Source: an uncultured Candidatus Binatia bacterium
GTDB taxonomy: Bacteria; Desulfobacterota; Binatia; UBA9968; CAXXLF01
Assembly (NCBI GenBank): GCA_965218425.1
Contig: OZ244621.1
Coordinates: 2,368,001-2,432,000 of the forward strand
Direction: 5' to 3'
Length of the DNA: 64,000 nt
Shown: positions 12,335 to 21,927 of the stretch, piece by piece
How positions within the stretch are numbered: position 1 is the stretch's first letter
Layout of the letters: every line of letters starts with the position of its first letter
Notes under the pieces: model-generated
Database searches by the model: none
Told to the model about the DNA's origin: nothing
Seen by the model: only the letters and a program-made list of their open reading frames with translations
Position numbers and translations under genes: made by a program

Positions 12335-15067
12335 TCAGGGCTTCTGCATTTTCTTCAGCACGTCTTCAAGGCGTCTCAATTCATCTCCAAAACCTGCCCA
12401 ATTGCCCTCGCGCAGTAATTCCTGCGAGCGTTTGTAATGATCAATAGCCTGGCGGGCCAAAGTCATGTCTTCGCCGGGTTCTTCAGGCATGGCGGCTACC
12501 TTTGCCTCCAGATATTTAATCTGACGGCCGAAATGCTTTTCAAGGGATTCCTCCAGAGTCTCCTCCATTTCGATCCTATTGCCGAAAGCAGTGATGACCC
12601 GTTTGAGTTCCGGCAACGATCCTTTTTCGGCCGCGAGATAGAGAGGCTGAACATAGAGAAGTGAGTTCTCGATGGGGATGGCGAGCAGGTCGCCCCGGAT
12701 CACCTCAGAGCCGCCCTGCCCCCAGAGTGTCAGCAATTGAGAAATGTCGGCGTCCTGATCGATCCGGGCGTCGATTTGCTTTGGCCCGTAGACCAGCCTC
12801 GCCTTGGGGAAGTTAAGGGCAATGAGCTTGCCGTAGTTCGTTCCATCGCTTCGAGCCGCCAGCCAGGAGCGCATGTTATCCCTGTTGTTGGGAGTAAATG
12901 GCAGGAGCAGAACGAATTCCTCTTTTTCCTCCCCCGGTAGTTTCATAATGATGTAGTAGGGATCTATCTCCCGCTCTACTACCTGTTGCCTCGGTGCTAT
13001 TTGTCCTGGAATGGGTGACTGGGCCTGCGATTTAACGGCTTTTCGCGGGATACTCAGTAGGTCTTCCTTATTATAAAAGACCTGGGGATCCTGCATGTGA
13101 TAGGTGGCATAAATTCGTGCCTGGATGGCGAACAGATCCTGGGGATACCGAATATGGGTGCGCAGGTCTTTGGGCATATCCTCCAAAGGTGTGAGAAGGC
13201 CTGGAAAGGCCTTGGCATAGGTTCGCACCACGGGGTCACTGGGATCGCTGATATAGAACTTTACGGTCCCATTGTAGGCATCCACCACGGCTTTGACGGA
13301 GTTGCGTATGTAGTTTCCAACTTCAGGCACAGGCTCCGAATAGGGATATCGGTCGGAGGTGGTGTAGGCATCGATAATCCAGACAAGCTTGCCCGCTTTG
13401 TCGATGACCATGTAGGGGTCCCGGTCGAAGGTTAGGAACGGAGCAATTTTCTTGACTCGTTCCTGAATGCGACGGTGGTAGAGGATGCGGCTATCCTTGG
13501 TCATGTCATCGGACAGAGAAATTCTCAGCGAGGTAAAGCGGGCAGAAAACAGAAGTTTGCGCCAAAAAGATTTGAGAGGCACTCCCCCCTTGCCTTCATA
13601 GGTAGTGTAAATATTGCGGTCCCCTGCCGGGTAATCGAGCTCTTGAGCCTTGGTCTTTACGAAAACGTAGTCGTTGGCAAGCTCACCGTAGTATACCTCG
13701 GGCCGGCTCACCTGGATCGGACTATCAAACACGGGGGGGATATCCTTAATGAAAAACTCCGGGAGACCTTCGGGGGTCACCTTATTGACCGGGCCGAGAA
13801 CTGCACCATAACCGTGGGTATAGATCAGGTGTTCATTGATCCAAATCCGGCTGGGAAGCTGTTGGTGGGAGAGCTCCCGTGCCGAAATCATCACCTGGCG
13901 ATAGTTGCCGTCGATCAGATAACGGTCGTTGTCCACATTGACGAATTCATAGTAGGTGCGGAGCTGCTGAAGCTGGGCGTAGGTGGCTAAAAGAGGGCGG
14001 TGATCCCAAACCCGAATGTTTTTCACGGTGGCATCATTGCGGCGTAAATCTTCGGCGGTGAGACTCTCCTCCGCAGGAAATACCTTCTCCTCGACTTTAT
14101 CGATGCCATAGCCTAGTCGTGTGAAATGGATGTTGCGCTTGATATAGGGGGTTTCCAGAACGATTTCATTGGGGACCACCCGAAATTGTTGGAGGAAGGA
14201 AGGGTATGCGTAGAGACCCAGGAGGTGCACCAACAGCAATGCCCCTAGGCCTCCAAACAGGTACCTGACTCCAGGGCGATACATTTGGAAGACGGTAAGC
14301 CCAGCCGCCACCAATGAGAGCACCGTTAAAATTCGCAGAGCCGGAAGATTTGCGTAGATGTCCGAATAACTCGCGCCGTGGGCTGCTCCCCTGGGAGAGA
14401 AAAGCAATTCGTATGCATCCAGGAGGTACCCCCCTGCCTGGACTACCAGCAGAGCGGCAATGAGAATAAATAGGTGGGTTCTTGCATGCCGGGCGAGTGA
14501 CAGACCCTGCTCCGAGTAGTGAATTGCCCTATAGAGAAAATAAAGATAGCCGCTAGCGATGGCAATTAGCGCCAAGGTCACCAGCAGCCAGTTGTAGAGG
14601 GATTTGAGGGCTGGCAGCCAGAAGACAAAAAAGCCGATGTCATAGCCGAACAGGGGATCCTCAATGCCAAAAGGGATTGAGTTGAAAAAGAGTAGCGCAG
14701 GTTTCCATTGGGCAGCGGCCTGGGGCGCAGCGAGAAATCCCATCAGGATGGTCACTGGCAACAACAAACGTCGGATCAGCGGGTCGATGACTTCCGGGCT
14801 TGGCAGGTCCAAGCCGCCTTGAATATGCAGCAACCAGTCTTCGCTGGGAAGCCGGGCGGCGATCCTAAGATTGAAGTACAAAAATAGAAAGAAAAGGCCG
14901 CCAAAGAGCGTGCCCAGGGTGGCCTTAATGGCTAATGTCTTGGTGAATACCTGAGTAAACTGAACCTCCTGGAACCAGAGAAAATCGGTATAAAGGGAAA
15001 TGGCGTGACCGGACAAAAATACAACTGCAACAATGGCGAGAAAAATCAGCCCCAAATACCCCCTCAT
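12335..15067 (-). CDS. UPF0182 family membrane protein
   Basis: YTDFLWF, DPLFGYDIGFFVF, NIRVWD, HLIYTHGYG, NYIRNSVKAVVDAYNG, LLYVQPLYL; ATG 15067 has a GGAGG RBS. Confidence 0.93.
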   Translation of the reverse strand: MRGYLGLIFLAIVAVVFLSGHAISLYTDFLWFQEVQFTQVFTKTLAIKATLGTLFGGLFFLFLYFNLRIAARLPSEDWLLHIQGGLDLPSPEVIDPLIRRLLLPVTILMGFLAAPQAAAQWKPALLFFNSIPFGIEDPLFGYDIGFFVFWLPALKSLYNWLLVTLALIAIASGYLYFLYRAIHYSEQGLSLARHARTHLFILIAALLVVQAGGYLLDAYELLFSPRGAAHGASYSDIYANLPALRILTVLSLVAAGLTVFQMYRPGVRYLFGGLGALLLVHLLGLYAYPSFLQQFRVVPNEIVLETPYIKRNIHFTRLGYGIDKVEEKVFPAEESLTAEDLRRNDATVKNIRVWDHRPLLATYAQLQQLRTYYEFVNVDNDRYLIDGNYRQVMISARELSHQQLPSRIWINEHLIYTHGYGAVLGPVNKVTPEGLPEFFIKDIPPVFDSPIQVSRPEVYYGELANDYVFVKTKAQELDYPAGDRNIYTTYEGKGGVPLKSFWRKLLFSARFTSLRISLSDDMTKDSRILYHRRIQERVKKIAPFLTFDRDPYMVIDKAGKLVWIIDAYTTSDRYPYSEPVPEVGNYIRNSVKAVVDAYNGTVKFYISDPSDPVVRTYAKAFPGLLTPLEDMPKDLRTHIRYPQDLFAIQARIYATYHMQDPQVFYNKEDLLSIPRKAVKSQAQSPIPGQIAPRQQVVEREIDPYYIIMKLPGEEKEEFVLLLPFTPNNRDNMRSWLAARSDGTNYGKLIALNFPKARLVYGPKQIDARIDQDADISQLLTLWGQGGSEVIRGDLLAIPIENSLLYVQPLYLAAEKGSLPELKRVITAFGNRIEMEETLEESLEKHFGRQIKYLEAKVAAMPEEPGEDMTLARQAIDHYKRSQELLREGNWAGFGDELRRLEDVLKKMQKP

Positions 15068-15479
15068 CTTGCCTCCATGAAAAAATCTCTGATTTCGAAA
15101 GCGTCCTAATCTATAGCAGTTGATGTTGTAAAGCAACTAAAACTGAAGTTTAGGATGATGTACCAGTCTATGTGTAAATTTCGATGGGGGGATAAGGAGT
15201 GGAAAAGAACAGGGAATGGCTTTCACATTTGGCCGAGAATCGAGAAAGATCTCGAAGTGGTTAAGGGATAGGCCTAGGGTATTTTGGGATTGGGAAAAGA
15301 CAGCAGGGGCGCTACCTCCACAGTTGTACGACAAATACAAACATGGGCAGCGCTCCCCGATGCCGATCGAGCAAGCAACCCCAAAGAGTGTATCGCGAGC
15401 GATGCAAGAGATCAATGGCTTTGAGCGGCAGGGCGACTCTAAACCCATGGCCCGCCAAGCTCTAAAACACCCGGTCAAA

Positions 15480-15625
15480 AGCGGCTGGACGAAGAGATCG
15501 GAGTCCTTACCGGCAAACCGGGTGTGGAGCAAAATGTGGTAGTACAGACTCTTCTCCCGATGGGAAAGACCCGACTTTGGGAAAAGGTGGTTTTCCACCT
15601 CTTTCATGACTTGATCCCAATCCAC
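15480..15625 (-). pseudogene. probable truncated gene start (resembles, from recollection, N-termini of HTH-HNH proteins)
   Basis: GTG 15625 with GGAGG RBS encodes MDWDQVMKEVENHLFPKSGLSHREKSLYYHILLHTRFAGKDSDLF, after which the frame looks non-coding. Confidence 0.3.
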
Positions 15626-16020
15626 CTAGGAATACCTCCGAGAGATGTTTTGCAAAGCCACGAATTTCACCTCAGATCACATACACTGGACAGGACACCG
15701 ATGGGTTGAATTTTGTAACCTATTGAGATTATTGAAATATTGAAAAACCTAAGGGGGCTCGCAACTCTCGAAACCTATACAAATAATATCTCGCAAACGG
15801 CGCTGGAAAATCCACCTGTCCTCCCCCACTGATGGATTCGGAAATCATCCCCCAATGAAAGGAATTTTTTCCCAAGAGGCTTACACGCCTGCGTGGAATA
15901 TGGTAGAGGGATCTGTGCAACGCTAACGGGCTATCCGTTTATCCATTGGTCAAAGGTTAAGTCTTGACAACCGCTCCGTAGAGTCTGATAGGCTTGGCCC
16001 AAAAAAAGAAGGTGGAAATT

Positions 16021-17241
16021 ATGGCGACAGCTGCGAATGCGTCTCAAAGAAAGCTCAAGATCGGCGTTATCGGTATCGGGGTGGGTGCCTCAGAAATCCT
16101 TCCGGCGATGGAAAATATGCCTCAGCTTGAACTGGTGGCTGGGGCGGATGTGAACAATCGAGTTTTGGAAACATTCCAAAAAAGATATAACGCCAAAGTC
16201 TACAATAGCATCGAGAAACTCTGCGAAGACCCGGACGTGGATGCGGTTTGGATTTCCACACCAAACAAATTTCACGGTCCCCATACGATCATTGCCGCTG
16301 AGCATGGAAAGCATGTGGTGGTGGAAAAGCCCATGGCCATATCCATTGAGGAAGCTGAGAGCATGATCAATGCGGTGGAGAAAAACCAGGTTAAGCTTCT
16401 ATGCGGCCACACCCAAAGCTACGGTCCCCATATTCGAACCATGCGACGAATTATCCAGTCCGGTGAGCTGGGTAGATTAACGGCCCTAAACGTCTGGGCC
16501 TTTACCGACTGGATGCTCAGGCCCAGGACGGCGGAAGAACTTGACCTCGCCCAAGGCGGTGGCATGGCCTATCGGCAGGGACCCCATCAGATCGACTCGC
16601 TCCGCCTCCTGGGGGGCGGCATGGTAAGGAGTGTTCGTGGAACCACCGGGCAGTGGTTCAAAGGACGTTCGATTCCCGGATACTATGCGGGATATCTGGA
16701 ATTTGAGGACGGCACCCCTGCGAATCTTATGCATAATGGGTACGGGTACTTCCTTACCTCGGAGCTTGTGGCCTGGGGTACTAATCGTAGCCGGTACACG
16801 CCCGAAGAGAGGGCTGAGATCAGAAAAGGATTGCTTGACGGTACCAGGGATGAATTTCAGGCCAAGGATGCCATGCGTATCGGAGGCGCCCAGGAAGGAG
16901 CGCTGTTCCGCAGGGGGGGGGAGCGAAGGCCTTGGGTGCCCAATGACCTGGGGATCCTGGTTGCTACCTGTGAGAGAGGAGACATCCGGCAGTCCCAGTT
17001 TGGATTGTATGTATACAGTGACGATGGCGTGAAAGATGTGCCGCTGCCGGAGGGGGGCGCATCGCGTAGGGGAGAGTTGGAAGAACTCTACAACGCCGTG
17101 GTGCTGGACAAACCCATCCGGCATTCGGGTCGCTGGGGATTGGCTACTTTGGAAGTTTGCCTCGCCCTCATGCAATCGGGCAAGGAACGGCGGGAGATTA
17201 TGATGAAACACCAGATTCCTGCCCCGCCCGAGGACGATTGA
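16021..17241 (+). CDS. Gfo/Idh/MocA oxidoreductase, phthalate cis-dihydrodiol dehydrogenase (Pht4/OphB)-like
   Basis: KIGVIGIG, HVVVEKPMA, TDWMLRPRTAEELDLAQGGGMAYRQGPHQID, WGLATLEVCLALMQS. Confidence 0.85.
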   Translation: MATAANASQRKLKIGVIGIGVGASEILPAMENMPQLELVAGADVNNRVLETFQKRYNAKVYNSIEKLCEDPDVDAVWISTPNKFHGPHTIIAAEHGKHVVVEKPMAISIEEAESMINAVEKNQVKLLCGHTQSYGPHIRTMRRIIQSGELGRLTALNVWAFTDWMLRPRTAEELDLAQGGGMAYRQGPHQIDSLRLLGGGMVRSVRGTTGQWFKGRSIPGYYAGYLEFEDGTPANLMHNGYGYFLTSELVAWGTNRSRYTPEERAEIRKGLLDGTRDEFQAKDAMRIGGAQEGALFRRGGERRPWVPNDLGILVATCERGDIRQSQFGLYVYSDDGVKDVPLPEGGASRRGELEELYNAVVLDKPIRHSGRWGLATLEVCLALMQSGKERREIMMKHQIPAPPEDD

Positions 17242-17299
17242 ATCAGAGCTTCAATTGAGAAGGGTGTTCGAATAGAGAAATTTAGAAAGGGGATAAAAC

Positions 17300-18289
17300 A
17301 TGCATAACGGACAGAAAGTGGTCGACGTGCACGGCCATATGACAACTCCACCGCAGTTCAGGGGGCATCTGGCAGGAATGGTTGCTCAAAATACGGCCGG
17401 TTGGGGGAACCTCGATATTTCAGATGAGCAGTTGGAGGCGGCTCAGGGGCGCCATCTTAAGGTCATGGATGAGAGAAACATTGATCTTCAGCTGTTGGGT
17501 CCCCGGCCCATTGCCATGTGGCAATGGTTGCGTCCTTTTCTCCAGGAAGACTGGTGTAGAAAAACCAATGACGTGATCGCTCGCATTTGCAAGCTACATC
17601 CGGATCGGTTTGTGGGCATGGCCCAGATACCCCAGAGCCGGGAAAAGGACACCCGAAACTGTATCCCTGAGTTTGAACGGTGTGTCAAAGAGTTGGGTTT
17701 CGTGGGGGCCTACGTGAATCCCGATCCTGGTGCGGACAAGCAGACACCCGGGATGGCCGATGAGTATTGGTACCCCATTTACGAGAAGTCAGTGGAACTG
17801 GATGCCCCCCTCATGGTGCACCCTTCCACAAGCCGTGATCCTCGGATCGAGCATATACCGGCGAACTACCAGATGAACAACTATACGGAAGAGTTCCTAG
17901 CCATGCACATCTTGGCCCATAGTAATGTATTTGAGGTCTTTCCGAAGTTGAAGATTCTCATTTGCCACTGCGGTGGGGCGCTGAACCGCTTCATCCCCAC
18001 AGACCACCACAACTCCCAGAAGGACCTCAGGAACAATCTGTTCTATGATGCTTGCGCATACGATAAAGACTTCCTGACCGCTGCCATCAAGCAGAGGGGT
18101 GTCGATCAGATGTGTTTTGGAACTGAAGCCCCCGGCTCGGGTGGGGCGAAACGCCCTGACACGGGGAGGCCTTCCGATGACCTGGTCCCTGTGATCGATA
18201 GCCTTGAGTTCTTAACCGCCGAAGACAAGCTCAAAATCTTTCAAAAGAACCCGCTAAAGGTCTTCACTCGCGTCAAGCTCCCAAGCTAG
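17300..18289 (+). CDS. amidohydrolase family 2 protein, LigJ (4-oxalomesaconate hydratase)-like
   Basis: VDVHGHMTTP, ERCVKELGFVGAYVNPDP, WYPIYEKSVELDAPLMVH, CHCGGA, FGTE. Confidence 0.8.
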   Translation: MHNGQKVVDVHGHMTTPPQFRGHLAGMVAQNTAGWGNLDISDEQLEAAQGRHLKVMDERNIDLQLLGPRPIAMWQWLRPFLQEDWCRKTNDVIARICKLHPDRFVGMAQIPQSREKDTRNCIPEFERCVKELGFVGAYVNPDPGADKQTPGMADEYWYPIYEKSVELDAPLMVHPSTSRDPRIEHIPANYQMNNYTEEFLAMHILAHSNVFEVFPKLKILICHCGGALNRFIPTDHHNSQKDLRNNLFYDACAYDKDFLTAAIKQRGVDQMCFGTEAPGSGGAKRPDTGRPSDDLVPVIDSLEFLTAEDKLKIFQKNPLKVFTRVKLPS

Positions 18290-18315
18290 GAGACGGACAG
18301 GCGGGGATGATACGT

Positions 18316-18347
18316 AAAAGGGGACCGGATCTTTCCGGTCCCCTTTT
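18316..18347 (+). terminator. intrinsic terminator (likely bidirectional)
   Basis: AAAAGGGGACCGGA-tctt-TCCGGTCCCCTTTT perfect 14-bp inverted repeat followed by T-rich sequence. Confidence 0.85.
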
Positions 18348-18436
18348 GTCTTTTTAAAAACTCTTTTTGCTTGATCGAATCGGATTTGTATTGCCAACCT
18401 CAATGGCACTCCAGGATCCCCTAGAGGAATAATCCC

Positions 18437-19363
18437 ATGAGAATTGCGGTTCCTGACCTCATATCAAATTCCTATTTCCCGGTGATTGCCGCTGTGGAGT
18501 TGGGTTTTTTTAAGTCCGAGGGTTTGGACACAAAAAGGGTGGAGCTCCTGTTCCCGGTGCCAAAAACCATGGAAGCATTGCGTGATGGTGAACTGGATTT
18601 AGCGGTTGGCTCCGCCCATGCCACTCTGGCGGCGTTTCCCAACTGGAAGGGGGCGAGGCTCCTGGTGGCTCTGGCCCAAAGGATGTACTGGTTTCTTGTT
18701 CTCAGATCGGATCTTCGCGCCAGTCGTGGGGATATCAGTGCGGTCAAAGGCCTTCGTATCGGTGCGGCGCCGGGCCCTGATTTGGGGCTGCATCGGCTGC
18801 TGGCTGAAAGTGGCATCGACGAAAAAAGTAGCAATGTAGAGATCATGCCGATTCCTGGTGCCACTGGTGCAACGACATCCTTCGGCATTTCAGCCGCGAA
18901 GGCCCTGGAGGAGGGCAAGTTGGATGGGTTTTGGGCAAACGGGATGGGTTGTGAGGTGGCGGTTCGCCGTGGCGTCGGTACAGTGGTTTTGGATATTCGT
19001 CGAGGAGATGGACCGCCCGCTGCCCAGTACTATACCTTCCCAGCAATGGTGGCGACGGAAAAGAAGATCGAGGAGGATACCGAAGGCGTGGCAGCAGCGG
19101 TGCGAGCCTTGGTGAGAGCCCAAAAGGCGCTCGGCGAAAACCCCGATCGTGCCACCGAGGTGGGACGGCGCGTCTTCCCTCCCACGGAGGCTGGCCTTAT
19201 TGCCGAACTCGTTCGACGTGACCTTCCTTATTACGACCCCTCCATCTCCGAAGAGGTGGTTTCCAAGATGAACCGCTTTGCCCTGGAGAGTGGACTTCTC
19301 TCAGGGCCCGTGGCCTACAATCAGGTGGTTGAAACACGGTTCAGTCATCTTTGGACTGAGTGA
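18437..19363 (+). CDS. NMT1/SsuA-like periplasmic-binding-protein type 2 fold protein lacking a signal peptide
   Basis: AVELGFFKSEGLD, ALRDGELD, KGLRIG, ALEEGKLDG. An in-frame TAG at 18422 precludes an N-terminal extension. Confidence 0.8.
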   Translation: MRIAVPDLISNSYFPVIAAVELGFFKSEGLDTKRVELLFPVPKTMEALRDGELDLAVGSAHATLAAFPNWKGARLLVALAQRMYWFLVLRSDLRASRGDISAVKGLRIGAAPGPDLGLHRLLAESGIDEKSSNVEIMPIPGATGATTSFGISAAKALEEGKLDGFWANGMGCEVAVRRGVGTVVLDIRRGDGPPAAQYYTFPAMVATEKKIEEDTEGVAAAVRALVRAQKALGENPDRATEVGRRVFPPTEAGLIAELVRRDLPYYDPSISEEVVSKMNRFALESGLLSGPVAYNQVVETRFSHLWTE

Positions 19364-19383
19364 CAACAAAGAAAGGTAACGTG

Positions 19384-19806
19384 ATGAAGCTGACATTGGA
19401 AAAAGCCTCGATCATAGTGGACAAAAGCCTGGAAAAGGCCAAAGAGTTAAAGATCCGACCTCTATGTGTCGCGGTGCCGGACGAGGGTGGGCACTTAAAA
19501 GCGCTGAAACGAGAAGATGACGCGAGTATACTGCGTCCTCAGATTGCCATCGGAAAGGCTTGGGGAGCGGTGGGCATGGGGCAATCCACGCGTGAACTTG
19601 GTCGGCGTCTTAAGGATAGACCCGGCTTCTTACATTCCTTATCCGATCTGACCGATGGTAAAGTGGTCCCAGTGGCAGGGGGCGTATTAATTCTTGAAGG
19701 TACTTCCATTATCGGTGCAGTGGGCGTAAGCGGCGGGACATCCGACGAAGACGAAGCGTGCGCCATAGAGGGGATCCGGGCTGCCGGGCTGCAATTCAAG
19801 GCCTAA
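19384..19806 (+). CDS. GlcG/HbpS heme-binding family protein
   Basis: CVAVPDEGGHL, IAIGKAWGA, AGGVLI, IGAVGVSGGTSDEDEACA. Confidence 0.9.
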   Translation: MKLTLEKASIIVDKSLEKAKELKIRPLCVAVPDEGGHLKALKREDDASILRPQIAIGKAWGAVGMGQSTRELGRRLKDRPGFLHSLSDLTDGKVVPVAGGVLILEGTSIIGAVGVSGGTSDEDEACAIEGIRAAGLQFKA

Positions 19807-19837
19807 CCAATAGGGAATCGGATTGAAGATTCCTCGT

Positions 19838-20119
19838 GCAAAGGGCATAGCGCAAAGCGTAATAGGTTAACGGATCACTGACGACGGAACTACAAGAAAA
19901 GAAAGTAGTTAGCAGATGGCAGCGGGCAGGAATGAGTTCGGAGCTGATGGCTGAGAGCTGATAGCTTAAGAGTGAACGCTATGCTCTTTGCCATTCCTCG
20001 TCTGCGTTAATCTGCGTGAGTCTGCGGTTAAAATTTTTTTAAGAATTATTCTCTGCGTCTCTACGGTGAAATGTCCGAATCCTAATCTGCGATAATCGGC
20101 GAAAACCTGCGGTTAAGTT
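19838..20119. repeat. modular short-repeat element, family I copy 1
   Basis: Ordered triads GCAAAGG-GCATAGC-GCAAAGC; GTTAGCA-GATGGCA-GCGGGCA; GAGCTGA-TGGCTGA-GAGCTGA; inverted GC-heptad; two 10-bp TCTGCG triads. Homologous in inverted orientation to 44486-44735. Confidence 0.85.
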
Positions 20120-20152
20120 TCTTTGGTCTCCTGGCGCGTCGAGGAGTTTTAC

Positions 20153-20497
20153 CTACTTCTTGTAGTATCGAATCTCAAAAGTCTTGCAGCCGTTTTGTGA
20201 ACGCCATGGGCCATGTGGCATGCCAGGAGGCCTGCAGGCGTACATGCCCTTCACAAAAGTCTGCTCTAAAGAAATGTCGAAGAAGTCTCCTTCCAGGATC
20301 CACACTTCTTCCCAAAAATCGTGCCGCTGAACCCCCATGGCGGAGGTATCGGTCCCAGGCTCAAAGCGTAAAATGCGGGTGTAATCGCCGCTCTCTGGGT
20401 CTTGGGAAAGAGTCTGTTCACTCAGACCGGGGATCCCGCCCACGGGCTTTGCTGGAATACTGGAAGGGTCATAAAACTCTCGCTCAAGTTTTGGCAT
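20153..20497 (-). CDS. cupin domain protein (ChrR-like)
   Basis: HDFWEEVWILEG, YACRPPGMPHGPW. Confidence 0.85.
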   Translation of the reverse strand: MPKLEREFYDPSSIPAKPVGGIPGLSEQTLSQDPESGDYTRILRFEPGTDTSAMGVQRHDFWEEVWILEGDFFDISLEQTFVKGMYACRPPGMPHGPWRSQNGCKTFEIRYYKK

Positions 20498-20662
20498 AGT
20501 GATACTCGTCTGACGTTTAAATTAGCTTCATGAGTTAATGGATGATCCGGAACGCTCTGAACCCCGCTTTAACTTTGATTTGAGAGCTGACAACTCTTGA
20601 TGGAAAGCGTTCGCCTGCCGTTCCTATGACATTTCAGTGTTGGACTACGTCCGATAGTGTCA

Positions 20663-21135
20663 TCACTTTTTCTGCATGAGAACCTTATTGAAGAATTTGT
20701 TTACCGGTCTTTGATTTGATCTTTCCGGGGTGGACATGACAAAATAATTGACCCCTTCCTTTCGGCGTCGCCACTCAGGTATGGGGTCCTTTGGGATATC
20801 AGTTCTCAGTGATTCCACAACTGAATCCTGACTATTGACGATCTTCTGGTAGGTTATTTGACCCTCGCGAGAAAGGATCCAATTAATGAAGACCTTGGCG
20901 GCATTGGGATGAGGGGTCTGTTTGATGCGGATAATGGAGCCCGTTCCCCCCTAGGGAAAGGGAGGGTGTCTCTTTCCATCGGACGGTTTCGAACTCGTCA
21001 ACGGGAAGGCCTTGGCCGCGAGCAATCCTTGCATCGTTACACCAAATGCATATGGAATATTTCCCCACTACGAGCCAATCCGCAGCCTGCCTCCTGTCCC
21101 GGCTCACGGTCACTTCCATTTCCCCAAAGAGTTAT
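20663..21135 (-). pseudogene. C-terminal relic of an extracellular solute-binding protein, frameshifted
   Basis: Joined frames give ...SRDRRQAADWLVVGKYSIC...GLPVDEF... / GSIIRIKQTPHPNAAKVFINWILSREGQITYQK...SLRTDIPKD, including the PHPNAAKxFINWxLSxEGQ motif. The N-terminal half is missing. Confidence 0.78.
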
Positions 21136-21468
21136 TGATTCTCATCCAAGATTGTGTAGTCGAGCCGCTATGGTTTTGGCTGTTTAGCTGAATTTCGCAA
21201 AGAATTGGCGTGACGGCGAATCAAATCCCTCGTGCTTAAATTTGGTTCACTGCTCTGGTGCTTACTCTTCTTCAAGTTGCCTGTCAATGGCGATGGGTGA
21301 TGAAAAAACATCATAGTGAAGAGGTAAGAAATCACGCAACATGTAGATGCGTCGGTAAAAAATTCTATAACATCTTGTTTTTTTGACGCAAACTAGGTTG
21401 GTGAGTATGGAAATTCACTACACGCTAACAAAAGTTCAAAAAATTTTTTCGCAAAGGGGAAATAACAA

Positions 21469-21759
21469 ATGGATCAAGTCGAACAGGGCCTGTCAGGTCT
21501 GACTGAACTCATCGATCGCTATGGAAAGGAGATCCGGGGTATTTCGGAGGAAGCCCTGGACGGGGGCCGCGAGCCTTCTGCCGAAGAATTCCGTAGCCGC
21601 ATTACGGGAATCCCGGGCCGCATCTATCGTGAGGCCTTGGAAGTCTACGATCGTCTCGCCGGTTGCGGTGCTGAGATTGAGCAGGAGTTGTTGAGCAAGC
21701 TCAATCAGGTCAAAGGGACTATGGACGCGCGGCAGTGCTTGAGGAGGTTATCAGGGTAG
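21469..21759 (+). CDS. hypothetical helical protein
   Basis: 96-aa ORF with AGGGG RBS-like element, AT-rich upstream region and a downstream hairpin. Confidence 0.6.
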   Translation: MDQVEQGLSGLTELIDRYGKEIRGISEEALDGGREPSAEEFRSRITGIPGRIYREALEVYDRLAGCGAEIEQELLSKLNQVKGTMDARQCLRRLSG

Positions 21760-21840
21760 TGGTGACGGGGCGGTAGACCGACCGAAGTCGTAGATCATTC
21801 GCGCCGGTTATCAACAGGCGCAATTCAAAACAAAGCTTCG

Positions 21841-21888
21841 ATGAAAAGGCCGCCCTCATCCTAATAATAAGAGGGGCGACCTTTTCAT
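21841..21888. terminator. bidirectional terminator between convergent genes
   Basis: ATGAAAAGGCCGCCCTC...GAGGGGCGACCTTTTCAT imperfect inverted repeat. Confidence 0.7.
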
Positions 21889-21927
21889 TTATTGTGGCGT
21901 TATCAGGCCCTTTAGAGCGTTAACCGC

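Noticed and set aside
19838..20119. CRISPR array interpretation of the repeat clusters
   Set aside because: No constant 23-47-bp repeat with unique equal-length spacers, and no cas genes in the window.
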